Shown here: in pieces, positions 1 through 10,406 of the stretch
Layout of the letters: the number at the start of each line of letters is the position of its first letter
Numbering within the stretch: position 1 is the stretch's first letter
Source: an uncultured Rikenellaceae bacterium
Lineage (GTDB): Bacteria > Bacteroidota > Bacteroidia > Bacteroidales > VadinHA17
Length of the DNA: 64,000 nucleotides
Direction of reading: 5' to 3'
NCBI GenBank assembly: GCA_964514725.1
Contig: CAZEUL010000020.1
Location: forward strand, 11,394 to 75,393
The notes under the pieces: generated by a model
The model's input: only the letters and a program-made list of their open reading frames with translations
The model's database searches: none
Told to the model about the DNA's origin: nothing
Made by a program: the position numbers and the translations under genes

Positions 1-1
1 T

Positions 2-3000
2 AAATCAGAATCACAATTGCTTACGAAATTAATCGATAAAATTCCCCTCCTTGAAACAAAAACACCATCAAGCATCTCATTCAATGGTGAATTTGCCCAC
101 CTTATTCCAGGTCATTCCAAAGCCATTTCAAGTGCGGGGAATTCTTATATAGATGATTTCGAATCAAGTGAGATCCCCCTTGATTTGAAATCATTTAATG
201 CATGGTCCATTTCCAGTGTTCCTCAGGGTCAGGAAAATATATTTCCTGAAGCCAGGCTTAATAACAATCTTGCCAGCGGTTTCAACAGGGCAAAGGTTTC
301 CTGGTATGTGATAGATCCATTATTCCTGAGAAACGGATCTTCCACTCCCTCCCATATTAAGCAGGATCCTGCTTCACAATCAAGCCATTTTGTAAGGGAG
401 ATCTATGAAAATGAACTATTTCCCAACAGAGAGAGTTCGACCGGAATTCCTACAACAATTTCTGTTTTGAATGTAGCCTATTATCCTGGGGAAAAGGGTC
501 CATACAACTATGATACAGAGGCCGGACCTTATTCAAGAGGTATGACCCCTGATGGACGGCTCAACGACCCAAGATCCAGATGGGGCGGCATTATGAGAGA
601 GGTTCTGACCAGCGACTTTGAAACAGCCAATATCCAGTATATTGAATTTTGGCTGATGGATCCGTTTGTTGAGGACCCAAACCATTCCGGAGGGGATCTT
701 TACTTTAATCTCGGAAATATTTCCGAGGACATTTTAAGAGACTCGAGAAAAAGCTTCGAGAACGGACTTCCCGGGTCGCCTGTTGTTCAAAATGTCGATA
801 CCACATCGTGGGGCAGAATACCGACAGTCCAATCGGTCGTCAAGGCCTTTGATAATGATTCAGAATCAAGACGTTACCAGGACATCGGACTTGACGGATT
901 AAATGACTCCGAGGAGCAGACTTTTTTTTCAAATTACCTGGCAAAATCAGCGTTGATAACGACACCAGAAGGCTATCAGAAGATACTTAAGGATCCATCA
1001 AGTGATGATTTCCATTATTTCAGGGGATCTGATTATGATGCGGAGCAAAAGAGTATTCTTGACAGATATAAAAATTATAATGGACTTGAGGGCAATTCAC
1101 CTACATCTGCAATGTCAACTGAATCATATCCTACCTCTGGGTCCACCCTTCCTGATATGGAGGATATTAATCGTGATAATACACTCAGTGAAACTGAAAG
1201 TTATTATCAGTACAAGGTAAGTCTGCGTCCATCAGATCTAAAGGTTGGGACTAATTTTATTGTTGATGAGATTGAAGCTGAAGCTACTTTCGCGAATGAC
1301 ACCAAGTCAAAAGTAAAATGGTATCAGTTCAAGATACCTGTGAATGAATATCAGAAAAAAGTTGGTGTTATAAGTGATTTTAAATCAATCCGCTTTATCA
1401 GGATGTTCATGAAAAATTTCAATGACCCTGTCATAATGCGCTTTGCTGAACTGAATCTTGTGAGGGCTGAATGGCGAAAGTATAATATCGCTTTTACAGA
1501 GGGGGGCGAAAGGATAACTATACCTGAAGCAACCGACGGCACCTTTGAAATAGGGTCTGTAAGCATTGAAGAGAATTCAAGTAAAAAACCGGTAAATTAT
1601 GTATTGCCTCCCGGATTTAACAGAATTGTTGACCCCCAGAATCCTCAGTTAAGGCAGCTTAATGAGCAGTCGATGGTTCTGAAAGTGCAGGACCTTGCTG
1701 ACGGCGATGCCCGTGCTGCTTATAAAAATGTGAACCTCGACATACGACAGTACAGAAGCCTGAGGATGGAAGTACATGCCGAAGCATTGATCGGGCAACC
1801 TCTTGATGATAATGAACTGACAGCTTTTATACGTTTAGGATCTGACTACAGGTCGAATTTCTATGAATATGAAGTGCCTCTTAAACTTACTCCCCCCAGC
1901 GACAAATATAATAACGATTCAGAGATAGACAGAGGAATTGTATGGCCTGCATCAAACAGTTTTAAAATAGATCTGAAGGTACTTCAGGAGGCGAAAAAAG
2001 AGCGCAACAGAAAAATGGCTCAAGCAGGTTCTCCACTGAGCCTTTCAGATGTCTTTGCTTTCGAGGATGATTCGAACAGAGTATACGTTTGTGGTAATCC
2101 TAATCTGAGCAATATAAAGGTCATTATGATTGGGGTCAGAAATCCGATTAAGACCAGAAATCCAGGAAATGATGATGGTACACCTAAATCGGGTGAAATC
2201 TGGGTAAATGAATTAAGACTGAGTGATTTTATAGAGAATGGAGGATGGGCGGTAAATACTCATCTGCAGGCCAGGCTCGCGGATCTTGGGACAGTAGATT
2301 TTGTGGGACAGGCAAGTACCCCGGGATGGGGAAGTATTGATAAAAAGGTCAATGAGAGAAGCAAGGAAGAGGTTATTAAATACGATGTGTCATCCACACT
2401 TGAACTTGGAAAATTCTTCCGTGAAGATCTTGGTGTCCGCCTGCCGGTTTATGTTGGTTATTCCGAGTCAAGGATAAAACCGCAGTATAATCCACTGGAT
2501 CCTGATATTGAACTTAAGGATGCCCTGAAAGAGGCTCCTGATAAAGAGACCAGAGATTCAATAAAAAATATTGCTGAGGAGTACTCCCGAAGGAAGACAA
2601 TTTCAATAAATAACGCCGGTATAACAAAACGAGGGGAAAAAGCACATGCATGGGATCTGGCAAACTTCAGTGTGAATTATACCTATAATGAGACCTTCAC
2701 ATCAGGCACAAGAAAGGAAATTGATCTTGAGAAGAATTATAAAGGAGGGATAAATTATAACTATGAAGCCCGCCCCGAAAATGTAATGCCTTTTAAAAAT
2801 GCAAAATTCCTGAATTCTCCTGTCTTCAGGATAATCAAAGATTTTAATTTTTACCCGTTCCCTAAAAGCATCTCCTTCAGAACTGATATGAGCCGGTATT
2901 ATAATGAGATAAAAACCAGGAACATAAATAATCCTAACCTTCTTATTTCTCCGTCATTCCGGAAAGATTTTGAATGGAGCAGGATGCTCGACATCAAATA

Positions 3001-5119
3001 CGATGTCACACGCCAGTTGAAAATCGATTTTACATCAACCAATGTTGCAAGGATTGATGAACCCGAGGGAGGAGTGGATAAAAAAAGATACCAGACTGAA
3101 TATGAGATCTGGAGAGATTCTGTTATGACAAACCTTAAAAGGCTGGGGAGAACGACATCCTACAATCATTATTTTAACGTCACATATAATCTGCCGATTA
3201 ACAAATTGCCACTTTTATCGTGGGTAAATGCAAATGCAAGGTTTGGTTCTGACTATACCTGGCAGGCAGGTTCGTTGTATCCCGATTCGTTGAATATTAA
3301 CCTTGGGAATACTATTACAAATCACAACGAATTAACCTTCACAGGCATGGCAAATCTGTCGACACTCTATAGCAAATCAAAGTTTCTGAAGAATATTGAA
3401 AATAATACCCGCCCCGATGCGGTACAGCGTATGAAAAAGGATTTCAAGACTGTAACATATACCAGGAACAATGTTAATTTCAAAGCCAATGCCGTAAGAT
3501 CAATTACACACAATCTAAAAACAAAGGATGTAAAAATAATAATACTTAAAAAAGACGGGACCGAATTAAAAGGACAGATTGACATTATAAATGACAACAA
3601 GATAAATTTCACAGCTTCTGAATCAGCTGACGGTGCCCAGGTAACTGTTGAAGGAAGAGTTCCAAAGAAGCGCAATCCGCTTATTGTTACCGGTGAATAT
3701 TTTGTGAGGGCATTGTTAGGCATTAGATCGGTAAGCCTTACCTATTCTTCGTCCCAGGGTCAATTTCTGCCTGGATTTCTGCCGGAGGCCAAATTTTTTG
3801 GTATGTCAAAGGATAACAATAATATAAGAGCTCCCGGATTGCCCTTTGTCCTCGGGTTCAGTGAAAGGAACTTTTTTGACAAAGCAGCTTCAAGAGGCTG
3901 GATAACAACCGACACTTTGCTTAACACACCTGCAGTAGCCAGCAAAAAGATAGATCTTTCAATTAGAAGTATCGTTGAACCCTTCCCAGGTTTAAAGATT
4001 GATTTCAACGCCGACAGAAGATTCCTTGAAAATACCAATACCTATTATACAGCCGATTATAACGGAAATTTTCCCGACAGTACAAGAAACAGGGTTGTAA
4101 ATGGAAGTTTTTCAATCTCGATAATTTCCTGGGGGACAGCTTTTGAAAAAATTTCTAAGGATAATGATTATGTCTCCCGAACCTTCGAAAACTTCAAAAA
4201 GAATACAGTAATTATATCAGGCAGAAGAGCTGCTGAAAGACAGAAATTAGATCCAGGTTATAATCCCGATATAGATCCTGAAACCGGAGAACAGGTCGAT
4301 GGACAATATAAAAGCGGATATGGAGCCACCTCTCGTGAGGTATTGATACCTGCCTTTTATGCTGCCTACACAAAATCCAATCCTAACAATGTCGATCTTG
4401 CAACTTTCCCTTCAGCATTCAGGATGATGCCAAACTGGCGCCTTACCTTCGACGGATTGTCTAAATTCCCCTTTGTTAAGAAGGTTTTCAGATCAATAAA
4501 TCTTTCACATCAATACCGAAGTGTATATCAGATAGGATCGTATACCACAAATTTAAATTATGTTGCCAATGGTAACGGAATAACAAGCCTGAGGGACCTT
4601 CAGAATAATTTTATACAGCAATATGAAATAAATGTTGTCGCAGTCAGTGAGCAGTTCAGCCCCCTGATCAACCTCGATTTTAATTGGAAAAGCAATCTCA
4701 CATCAAGGTTCGAATGGAGGAAATCGCGGACCGTGTCACTTAACCTGACAAGCAACCAGGTGACAGATGCAAGAATAAACGAACTTGTTTTCGGTGCAGG
4801 TTACAGATTTGATGATGTACAGATCATACTTAAAACAGGCGGGAGCCAGAAAGTATTTAAAAGCGATCTAAACATAAGATTTGACCTTTCAATCAGGGAT
4901 AATAAAACAATTGCACGAAAACTGATTGAAAACGTGAACCAGCCGGTTGCCGGAATCAAAGTTTTTACAATAGGTGCCACTGCCGATTACGTTCTTAGCG
5001 ACAGATTCAATCTACAGCTTTTTGCCGACCATACAATAAATAATCCATTTGTTGCAACAACATTCCCGACATCCAATACAAATTTCGGTTTCAGCCTGAA
5101 GTTTACGCTTGCTCAATAA
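2..5119 (+). CDS. sprA: T9SS translocon / gliding-motility cell-surface protein SprA, C-terminal ~1700 aa (5' end lies off the left edge)
   Basis: The reading frame is open from position 2 to the stop at 5119. The protein is very large and beta-rich, with blocks typical of Bacteroidota SprA (e.g. DFETANIQYIEFWLMDPF) and a C-terminal beta-barrel-like end FGFSLKFTLAQ. Confidence 0.85.
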   Translation, partial: KSESQLLTKLIDKIPLLETKTPSSISFNGEFAHLIPGHSKAISSAGNSYIDDFESSEIPLDLKSFNAWSISSVPQGQENIFPEARLNNNLASGFNRAKVSWYVIDPLFLRNGSSTPSHIKQDPASQSSHFVREIYENELFPNRESSTGIPTTISVLNVAYYPGEKGPYNYDTEAGPYSRGMTPDGRLNDPRSRWGGIMREVLTSDFETANIQYIEFWLMDPFVEDPNHSGGDLYFNLGNISEDILRDSRKSFENGLPGSPVVQNVDTTSWGRIPTVQSVVKAFDNDSESRRYQDIGLDGLNDSEEQTFFSNYLAKSALITTPEGYQKILKDPSSDDFHYFRGSDYDAEQKSILDRYKNYNGLEGNSPTSAMSTESYPTSGSTLPDMEDINRDNTLSETESYYQYKVSLRPSDLKVGTNFIVDEIEAEATFANDTKSKVKWYQFKIPVNEYQKKVGVISDFKSIRFIRMFMKNFNDPVIMRFAELNLVRAEWRKYNIAFTEGGERITIPEATDGTFEIGSVSIEENSSKKPVNYVLPPGFNRIVDPQNPQLRQLNEQSMVLKVQDLADGDARAAYKNVNLDIRQYRSLRMEVHAEALIGQPLDDNELTAFIRLGSDYRSNFYEYEVPLKLTPPSDKYNNDSEIDRGIVWPASNSFKIDLKVLQEAKKERNRKMAQAGSPLSLSDVFAFEDDSNRVYVCGNPNLSNIKVIMIGVRNPIKTRNPGNDDGTPKSGEIWVNELRLSDFIENGGWAVNTHLQARLADLGTVDFVGQASTPGWGSIDKKVNERSKEEVIKYDVSSTLELGKFFREDLGVRLPVYVGYSESRIKPQYNPLDPDIELKDALKEAPDKETRDSIKNIAEEYSRRKTISINNAGITKRGEKAHAWDLANFSVNYTYNETFTSGTRKEIDLEKNYKGGINYNYEARPENVMPFKNAKFLNSPVFRIIKDFNFYPFPKSISFRTDMSRYYNEIKTRNINNPNLLISPSFRKDFEWSRMLDIKYDVTRQLKIDFTSTNVARIDEPEGGVDKKRYQTEYEIWRDSVMTNLKRLGRTTSYNHYFNVTYNLPINKLPLLSWVNANARFGSDYTWQAGSLYPDSLNINLGNTITNHNELTFTGMANLSTLYSKSKFLKNIENNTRPDAVQRMKKDFKTVTYTRNNVNFKANAVRSITHNLKTKDVKIIILKKDGTELKGQIDIINDNKINFTASESADGAQVTVEGRVPKKRNPLIVTGEYFVRALLGIRSVSLTYSSSQGQFLPGFLPEAKFFGMSKDNNNIRAPGLPFVLGFSERNFFDKAASRGWITTDTLLNTPAVASKKIDLSIRSIVEPFPGLKIDFNADRRFLENTNTYYTADYNGNFPDSTRNRVVNGSFSISIISWGTAFEKISKDNDYVSRTFENFKKNTVIISGRRAAERQKLDPGYNPDIDPETGEQVDGQYKSGYGATSREVLIPAFYAAYTKSNPNNVDLATFPSAFRMMPNWRLTFDGLSKFPFVKKVFRSINLSHQYRSVYQIGSYTTNLNYVANGNGITSLRDLQNNFIQQYEINVVAVSEQFSPLINLDFNWKSNLTSRFEWRKSRTVSLNLTSNQVTDARINELVFGAGYRFDDVQIILKTGGSQKVFKSDLNIRFDLSIRDNKTIARKLIENVNQPVAGIKVFTIGATADYVLSDRFNLQLFADHTINNPFVATTFPTSNTNFGFSLKFTLAQ

Positions 5120-5402
5120 ACATTTTAAAAACTTAAACAATACCTCCGGATAATCTTTCAAATGTTCCCTTCTTCATGAAAAATGGAATGGACTCTGATT
5201 TTTTATTTTTGACAACTAGACATTGAATTTGATTTTTTCAGAAAACGTTTAAAACATACTATTTTCCTTCTTAAGTAGGGAAATTAACGAATCTACATGA
5301 AAATAAACGATATACAGAGATTAGAATCTAGTTCCTTTTGTAAAAATTTGAAAAGGTTTCACTTGTTTCATTTTATTTGCTTACACCTAAAGTTTAAATT
5401 TT

Positions 5403-6290
5403 ATGTTAAGATCAAAACCTCATTTGTCATTCTGGCAGGTATGGAATATAAGCTTTGGTTTTTTCGGGACACAATTTGTATTTGCTTTACAGAATGCAAA
5501 TGTCAGCCGGATTATTAAACCTCTTGATGCAAAAGTTGAAAATAGCCCCATTCTTTTGTTTGCTGTCCCTTTGACAGGATTGATGGTTCGTCCAATTTTA
5601 GGTCACATGAGTGAGAGGATATGGAACTGTCTGTTACGCAGACGCCCGTATTTTCTGACAGGAGCAATTCTGGCATCAATTGCCCTGATTTCCATTCTTA
5701 ATTCGCCGGCTTTGTAGATCACTGCAGATACACTCTGAATAATGAATGCTTCGATAAATATCTCAATGGAACCTTTCAGAGCTTTTATTGGAGATATGCT
5801 GTCCTCCGAGCAGCGTTCAAATGGATTTTCCATGCAGAGTTTTTTATTTTAACCGGGGCAGTTATTGCTTCTTTAATACCTTATGTGCTTGCAAATGGGC
5901 ACATTTCCCGCCAGAACCGCAACCAGGCAAACTGATCCCTATGAACGTTAAGGTATCCTTTTCTATTGACGTCGCTGTTTTTCCCCTTTCGGTCCTCTGA
6001 CCTGTTTTACGTACAAAGGAATATTCTCCTGAAGAAATGGCCGACTTTAACAGAGGCAAAAGGTTTAAAGGAGAAAAATAAAATGATAAGAAAATTATTA
6101 ATGCAGAACAGCATAATACTGAAAAAAAGGAAATTAACTTCTACAAACCAGAATTTATCTGGTTTAGGTCTAATTTATTTTTAACATATCTGCTTTCCAA
6201 TTTTGATCTTGATGGTGTAATTGTTTATACTGCGAATTATCATTTTCCTACCTGGAAAAGGATAGCAGATCAGTCTGGGGATCAATTTTA
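5403..6290 (+). pseudogene. Degraded MFS sugar:cation symporter (SLC45/GPH-like) gene. More eroded remains may run to about 6850.
   Basis: The N-terminus SFWQVWNISFGFFGTQFVFALQNANVSRI...RRRPYFLTGAILAS is typical of this MFS family. The frame is broken by in-frame TAG (5715-5717), TGA (5736-5738) and TGA (5998-6000), by frameshifts near the T-run at 5841-5850 and near 5925-5935, and by later in-frame stops (TAA at 6079, TAG near 6289). Confidence 0.7.
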
Positions 6291-6930
6291 GCGAACAGGG
6301 GAATGAGACAGTGAAAGGTGTAAGCCGGATGAGATCTCTTGATATTATTCTTGGAATCAGAAATAGAGAGTTGTCACATGAACAAAAAGTAAGATATGCC
6401 GGGTTAAAGAATAAATAATATCTTGAATATGTAAACAAAATAGGGCCCGATGTAATAATGCCAGGGATTCTTGAGCTTATAAAATAATTAAAGGATGCTG
6501 ACAGGTGTGATGCAAAAGAATCAGCGAGCAGGAACACAAATCTGATTCTGGAAAGACTTTATATAATGAACTAAAGGAATATTTAATTTTAAGTCAAACA
6601 AGACAGCCTGAAAAAGTTCTTTGTTTTTGAAAAAATGCCACTGCTAAATTTTATCCGGAATTGATTGCTCACTTTAGACCGGAAATAGAGTGCTCAATAT
6701 TACCAAAATTTACAATAGATGGGTGAAGTATGCCAGGTTGATCTATTTGTTCCCGGGCCTGAAGTGGGTTCTCAACATGTGTTATTTTATCGGGGTGAGT
6801 ACTGGTATTGGGGAAGCTGTATTATGGTATGTCTGGTTTAAGGAGAGATAAAACTTCGTCACCCGCTGATGAATATGATACGATGGGCCGAGAAGGATAA
6901 TCTGGAACAAGAGAATCCAAAAAAAATGGT

Positions 6931-6938
6931 TACATTTG
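6931..6938 (+). promoter_or_regulatory. Bacteroidota-type sigmaA -7 box (TACATTTG) upstream of gcvH
   Basis: Exact match to TAnnTTTG, about 55 nt upstream of the gcvH ATG. Confidence 0.4.
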
Positions 6939-6993
6939 AGCGAACCAAAGGGGTTAAAATATTATTTAAAAATTTAATTATAAACATAATAAA

Positions 6994-7368
6994 ATGAACG
7001 TTCCTGAAAGTTTATTGTACACTAAAGATCATGAATGGCTGAGAGTTGAAGGTGAGTATGGATATATCGGCATTACCGACTTCGCTCAAAGTGAACTTGG
7101 TGACATAGTTTTCGTTGAAATAGAAACACTCGGTGAAACTCTGAACAAGGAAGATGTCTTCGGAACCATTGAAGCTGTAAAGACAGTCTCTGACATGTTC
7201 ATGCCTGTAAGCGGAGAGGTAATTGAGGTAAATCCTTACCTTGAGAATTCGCCGGATGTTGTAAACAAAGATCCCTATGGGAACGGGTGGATGATAAAGA
7301 TCAGGCTCACCAATCCCGAAGAGGTTACCGAACTTTTTGATGCAGAAAAATATAAATCTTTGCTATAG
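6994..7368 (+). CDS. gcvH: Glycine cleavage system protein H
   Basis: 124 aa with the lipoyl-lysine motif EAVKTVSD and the typical start LYTKDHEWL. Confidence 0.95.
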   Translation: MNVPESLLYTKDHEWLRVEGEYGYIGITDFAQSELGDIVFVEIETLGETLNKEDVFGTIEAVKTVSDMFMPVSGEVIEVNPYLENSPDVVNKDPYGNGWMIKIRLTNPEEVTELFDAEKYKSLL

Positions 7369-10341
7369 GGATTTTCTGACCTCTACCTCCTGATATCCTT
7401 CAATGATATCTCCGATTTTTATATCATTGAAGTTTGCGATATTGAGGCCGCATTCATAGCCGCCAACGACCTCTTTAACATCATCTTTAAAGCGTTTCAG
7501 GGATCCTAGTTCGCCTGTATAAATCACAATACCGTCGCGTATTACCCTCACCTTTGTATTCCTTGTTATTTTACCTTCCTTGACATAACAGCCTGCAACG
7601 GTCCCGACTTTTGTGACTTTAAAGATTTCCCTTATTTCAAGAGTAGCTACGATTTCTTCCTTGACTTCGGGAGAGAGCATACCTTCCATAGCGGCCTTTA
7701 TCTCTTCAATCGCATCGTAAATAATTGAGTAAAGCCTTATATCAATCTCTTCCTTTTCAGCCAGTTTACGTGCGTTAAGTGAAGGTCTGACCTGGAATCC
7801 GACAATTATCGCATTGGATGCCGCTGCAAGAAGTATATCAGATTCAGAGATCTGCCCCACAGCCTTATGAATAATATTTAGCTGAATTTCAGGGGTTGAA
7901 AGTTTGATAAGAGAGTCGCTTAAGGCTTCAACAGATCCATCAACGTCTCCTTTGACTATAATATTAAGCTCCTGGAAGTTCCCGATCGCTATTCGTCTTC
8001 CTATCTCGTCGAGGGTTATATGCTTCTGAGTTCTCAGTCCCTGTTCTCTCTGGAGCTGGGCTCGTTTTGTTGCAATATCCTTTGCTTCCCTGTCACTTTC
8101 CATGATATTAAACTTATCCCCAGCCTGTGGTGCTCCGTTCAAACCAAGTATAAGAGCAGGCATTGCAGGACCCACCTCGTTGATCTTATGACCTCGTTCA
8201 TTATACATTGCTTTTATATGTCCGTAACAGCTTCCGGCGATCATTATATCTCCAACCCTAAGGGTTCCTGCTTTTACAAGGACAGTAGCCGTATATCCGC
8301 GGCCTTTGTCGAGAGAAGATTCGATAATTGTTCCTATTGCAGGTTTATCTGGATTTGCTTTAAGGTCTAGCATTTCAGCTTCAAGCAATACTTTTTCGAG
8401 AAGCAGATCCACATTCAGACCAGTTTTTGCTGAGATCTCCTGTGACTGGTATTTACCACCCCAATCCTCAACGAGGTAATTCATATTTGCCAGGGCTTCT
8501 TTAATTTTTTCAGGATTGGCTGTCGGTTTATCGATCTTGTTGATAGCAAAAATTATGGGGACTCCTGCTGCTGAAGCATGATTTATTGCTTCAACAGTTT
8601 GGGGCATAACCCCATCATCTGCTGCAACTACAATAATAGCTATATCAGTAATCTGGGCACCTCTGGCTCTCATGGCAGTGAAAGCTTCATGACCCGGTGT
8701 GTCGAGGAATGTAATCTGCCTGCCATCGTCAAGCACAACGGCATATGCCCCTATATGCTGGGTAATTCCTCCGGCTTCACCTGCAATTACATTTGTCCGT
8801 CTGATATAATCAAGCAGTTTAGTCTTCCCATGATCAACATGTCCCATAACCGTTACAATCGGTGGTCGTGGCTTAAGATCCTCTTCACGGTCCTCTACCT
8901 CTTTTACTGCTTCCTGGAGTTCAGCACTGACAAATTCAACCTTGAATCCAAACTCGTCAGCCAGTAGCGCCATGGTTTCGGCATCAAGACGCTGGTTAAT
9001 AGAAACAAAAAGACCAAGGTTCATACAGGTTGAGATAATATCCGTCACTGGGATATTCATCATTGTAGCCAGCTCATTTACTGAAACGAATTCAGTAACC
9101 TTAAGGATATTCTTTTCCTGTTCAAGCCGATCTTCTACTTCGCGATGTTTCTGACTTATTAATTCTCTTTTTTCTCTGCGGTATCTTGATCCTTTTGATT
9201 TTCCCTTGGTTGTGAGCCTTGCAAGGGTTTCTTTTATCTGTTTCTGGACTTCTTCTTCATCTACCTCTGCATGAACAGACCTTTTCTTTATCACTTTTTT
9301 CCCTGTCCGGTCCTTCCTTTCAGCAGGAACCGGTTTTTCAACAGGTACCTGTTCTTTCTCCTTTGAGATTCTCTTTCTTTTCTTTTTCTTCCTGAAGTCT
9401 GTTTCTCCTTCAATATTAACCTGCTGGTAAGGTACAGGTTTCTTTTTTTCCTCGACAGGCAGATCTATTTTACCTACCACAGTAAGGCCTGAAAGCTTTT
9501 TAATTTCAGGTTTATAGAGTTCCACAATATCTTCATCTTCCTGTTCAGATAAAGGGACTGTTTCAGGTTCCTGTACGGGAATCTTTTCAACAGGTTTTTC
9601 AATAACTTCAACTTCTTCTTCAGGGACAGGTCTTTTTACAGGAAATTTTTCTTCGACCACTTCGCTGTCTGCCTTTTGCGGTTTTACAATGGGTTTTTCT
9701 TTTTCTTCCTTCCTAGCGGCTTTACTTTCTTTTGTAAGGGTTTCTAGATCGATTTTTCCTACTATATGCAGATCGATGTTAGCTTTTGCTTTTTCTTCTT
9801 TTAGGACTTCCTCTGCTGTCGGTTTTGCTTTTTCCCCTAAGCTCTTTTTCTCGGCTGGTTCAGCCTGATCGGATTCTTTCTGAACTTTTTTATCAGGAGC
9901 CTCTTTTGGCGGTTCCGGCTTTTCAACTTTGGTTTTCAGACTTTTTTCAAGATCAATTTTGCCAACCAGTTTGATATCTGGTTTTTTGATTTCTGTTTTT
10001 ATGTCAACAATCTTTTTTGATACAGAAGAATCCTTTATAAGAACTTCCTCCTCCCTTTCACGATCTTCGCCAGAACTCTTTTCTGAGAAATCATCGATTG
10101 AAACAGTCTCTTTTTTCCGGTGCAGATCCTTAAGAATAAGCTTTTCTGACTCTTTCTTGACATTTAAATCGCTGCTATACTCTTTTAAAAGAAACAGATA
10201 AGCTTCATGAGGAAGTTTTGTATTAGGATTTGGATCCAGGTCAAATCCTTTTTTGTGCAGGAATTCCACAATAGTGGATATTCCCACATTGAATTCGCGG
10301 GCTGCCTTGCTTAATCTTGTTGCTTTAACATCATCTGTCAT
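7363..10341 (-). CDS. infB: Translation initiation factor IF-2
   Basis: 992 aa. The G domain carries [13 protein letters not shown] and NKID. The long K/E-rich N-terminus has three VGKIDL repeats. The gene lies downstream of nusA. Confidence 0.95.
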   Translation of the reverse strand: MTDDVKATRLSKAAREFNVGISTIVEFLHKKGFDLDPNPNTKLPHEAYLFLLKEYSSDLNVKKESEKLILKDLHRKKETVSIDDFSEKSSGEDREREEEVLIKDSSVSKKIVDIKTEIKKPDIKLVGKIDLEKSLKTKVEKPEPPKEAPDKKVQKESDQAEPAEKKSLGEKAKPTAEEVLKEEKAKANIDLHIVGKIDLETLTKESKAARKEEKEKPIVKPQKADSEVVEEKFPVKRPVPEEEVEVIEKPVEKIPVQEPETVPLSEQEDEDIVELYKPEIKKLSGLTVVGKIDLPVEEKKKPVPYQQVNIEGETDFRKKKKRKRISKEKEQVPVEKPVPAERKDRTGKKVIKKRSVHAEVDEEEVQKQIKETLARLTTKGKSKGSRYRREKRELISQKHREVEDRLEQEKNILKVTEFVSVNELATMMNIPVTDIISTCMNLGLFVSINQRLDAETMALLADEFGFKVEFVSAELQEAVKEVEDREEDLKPRPPIVTVMGHVDHGKTKLLDYIRRTNVIAGEAGGITQHIGAYAVVLDDGRQITFLDTPGHEAFTAMRARGAQITDIAIIVVAADDGVMPQTVEAINHASAAGVPIIFAINKIDKPTANPEKIKEALANMNYLVEDWGGKYQSQEISAKTGLNVDLLLEKVLLEAEMLDLKANPDKPAIGTIIESSLDKGRGYTATVLVKAGTLRVGDIMIAGSCYGHIKAMYNERGHKINEVGPAMPALILGLNGAPQAGDKFNIMESDREAKDIATKRAQLQREQGLRTQKHITLDEIGRRIAIGNFQELNIIVKGDVDGSVEALSDSLIKLSTPEIQLNIIHKAVGQISESDILLAAASNAIIVGFQVRPSLNARKLAEKEEIDIRLYSIIYDAIEEIKAAMEGMLSPEVKEEIVATLEIREIFKVTKVGTVAGCYVKEGKITRNTKVRVIRDGIVIYTGELGSLKRFKDDVKEVVGGYECGLNIANFNDIKIGDIIEGYQEVEVRKSL

Positions 10342-10406
10342 AAACTCATCCTGCTTTCTTAAAACTTAGAAACACTAAAAGTCTGTGGGGTTCTTCTTTG
10401 CACGAA

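Noticed and set aside
6181-6537. 118-aa minus-strand ORF in the sprA-gcvH gap
   Set aside because: It has I/F/S/L-rich composition typical of random AT-rich ORFs, no recognisable motif, and lies within the presumed pseudogene remains.
6820-6990. Glycine-riboswitch-like fragments (GGAGAG..., GCCGAGAAGGATAA) upstream of gcvH
   Set aside because: The partner strand ACUCUCAGG needed to pair with GGAGAG is absent. I also could not build a P1 or P3 helix. The resemblance is limited to short purine-rich words, probably within pseudogene debris.
8020-10201. Several 60-130-aa plus-strand ORFs inside infB
   Set aside because: They are antisense shadow ORFs of a conserved, long CDS. Their composition is low-complexity, mirroring the K/E-rich IF-2 N-terminus.
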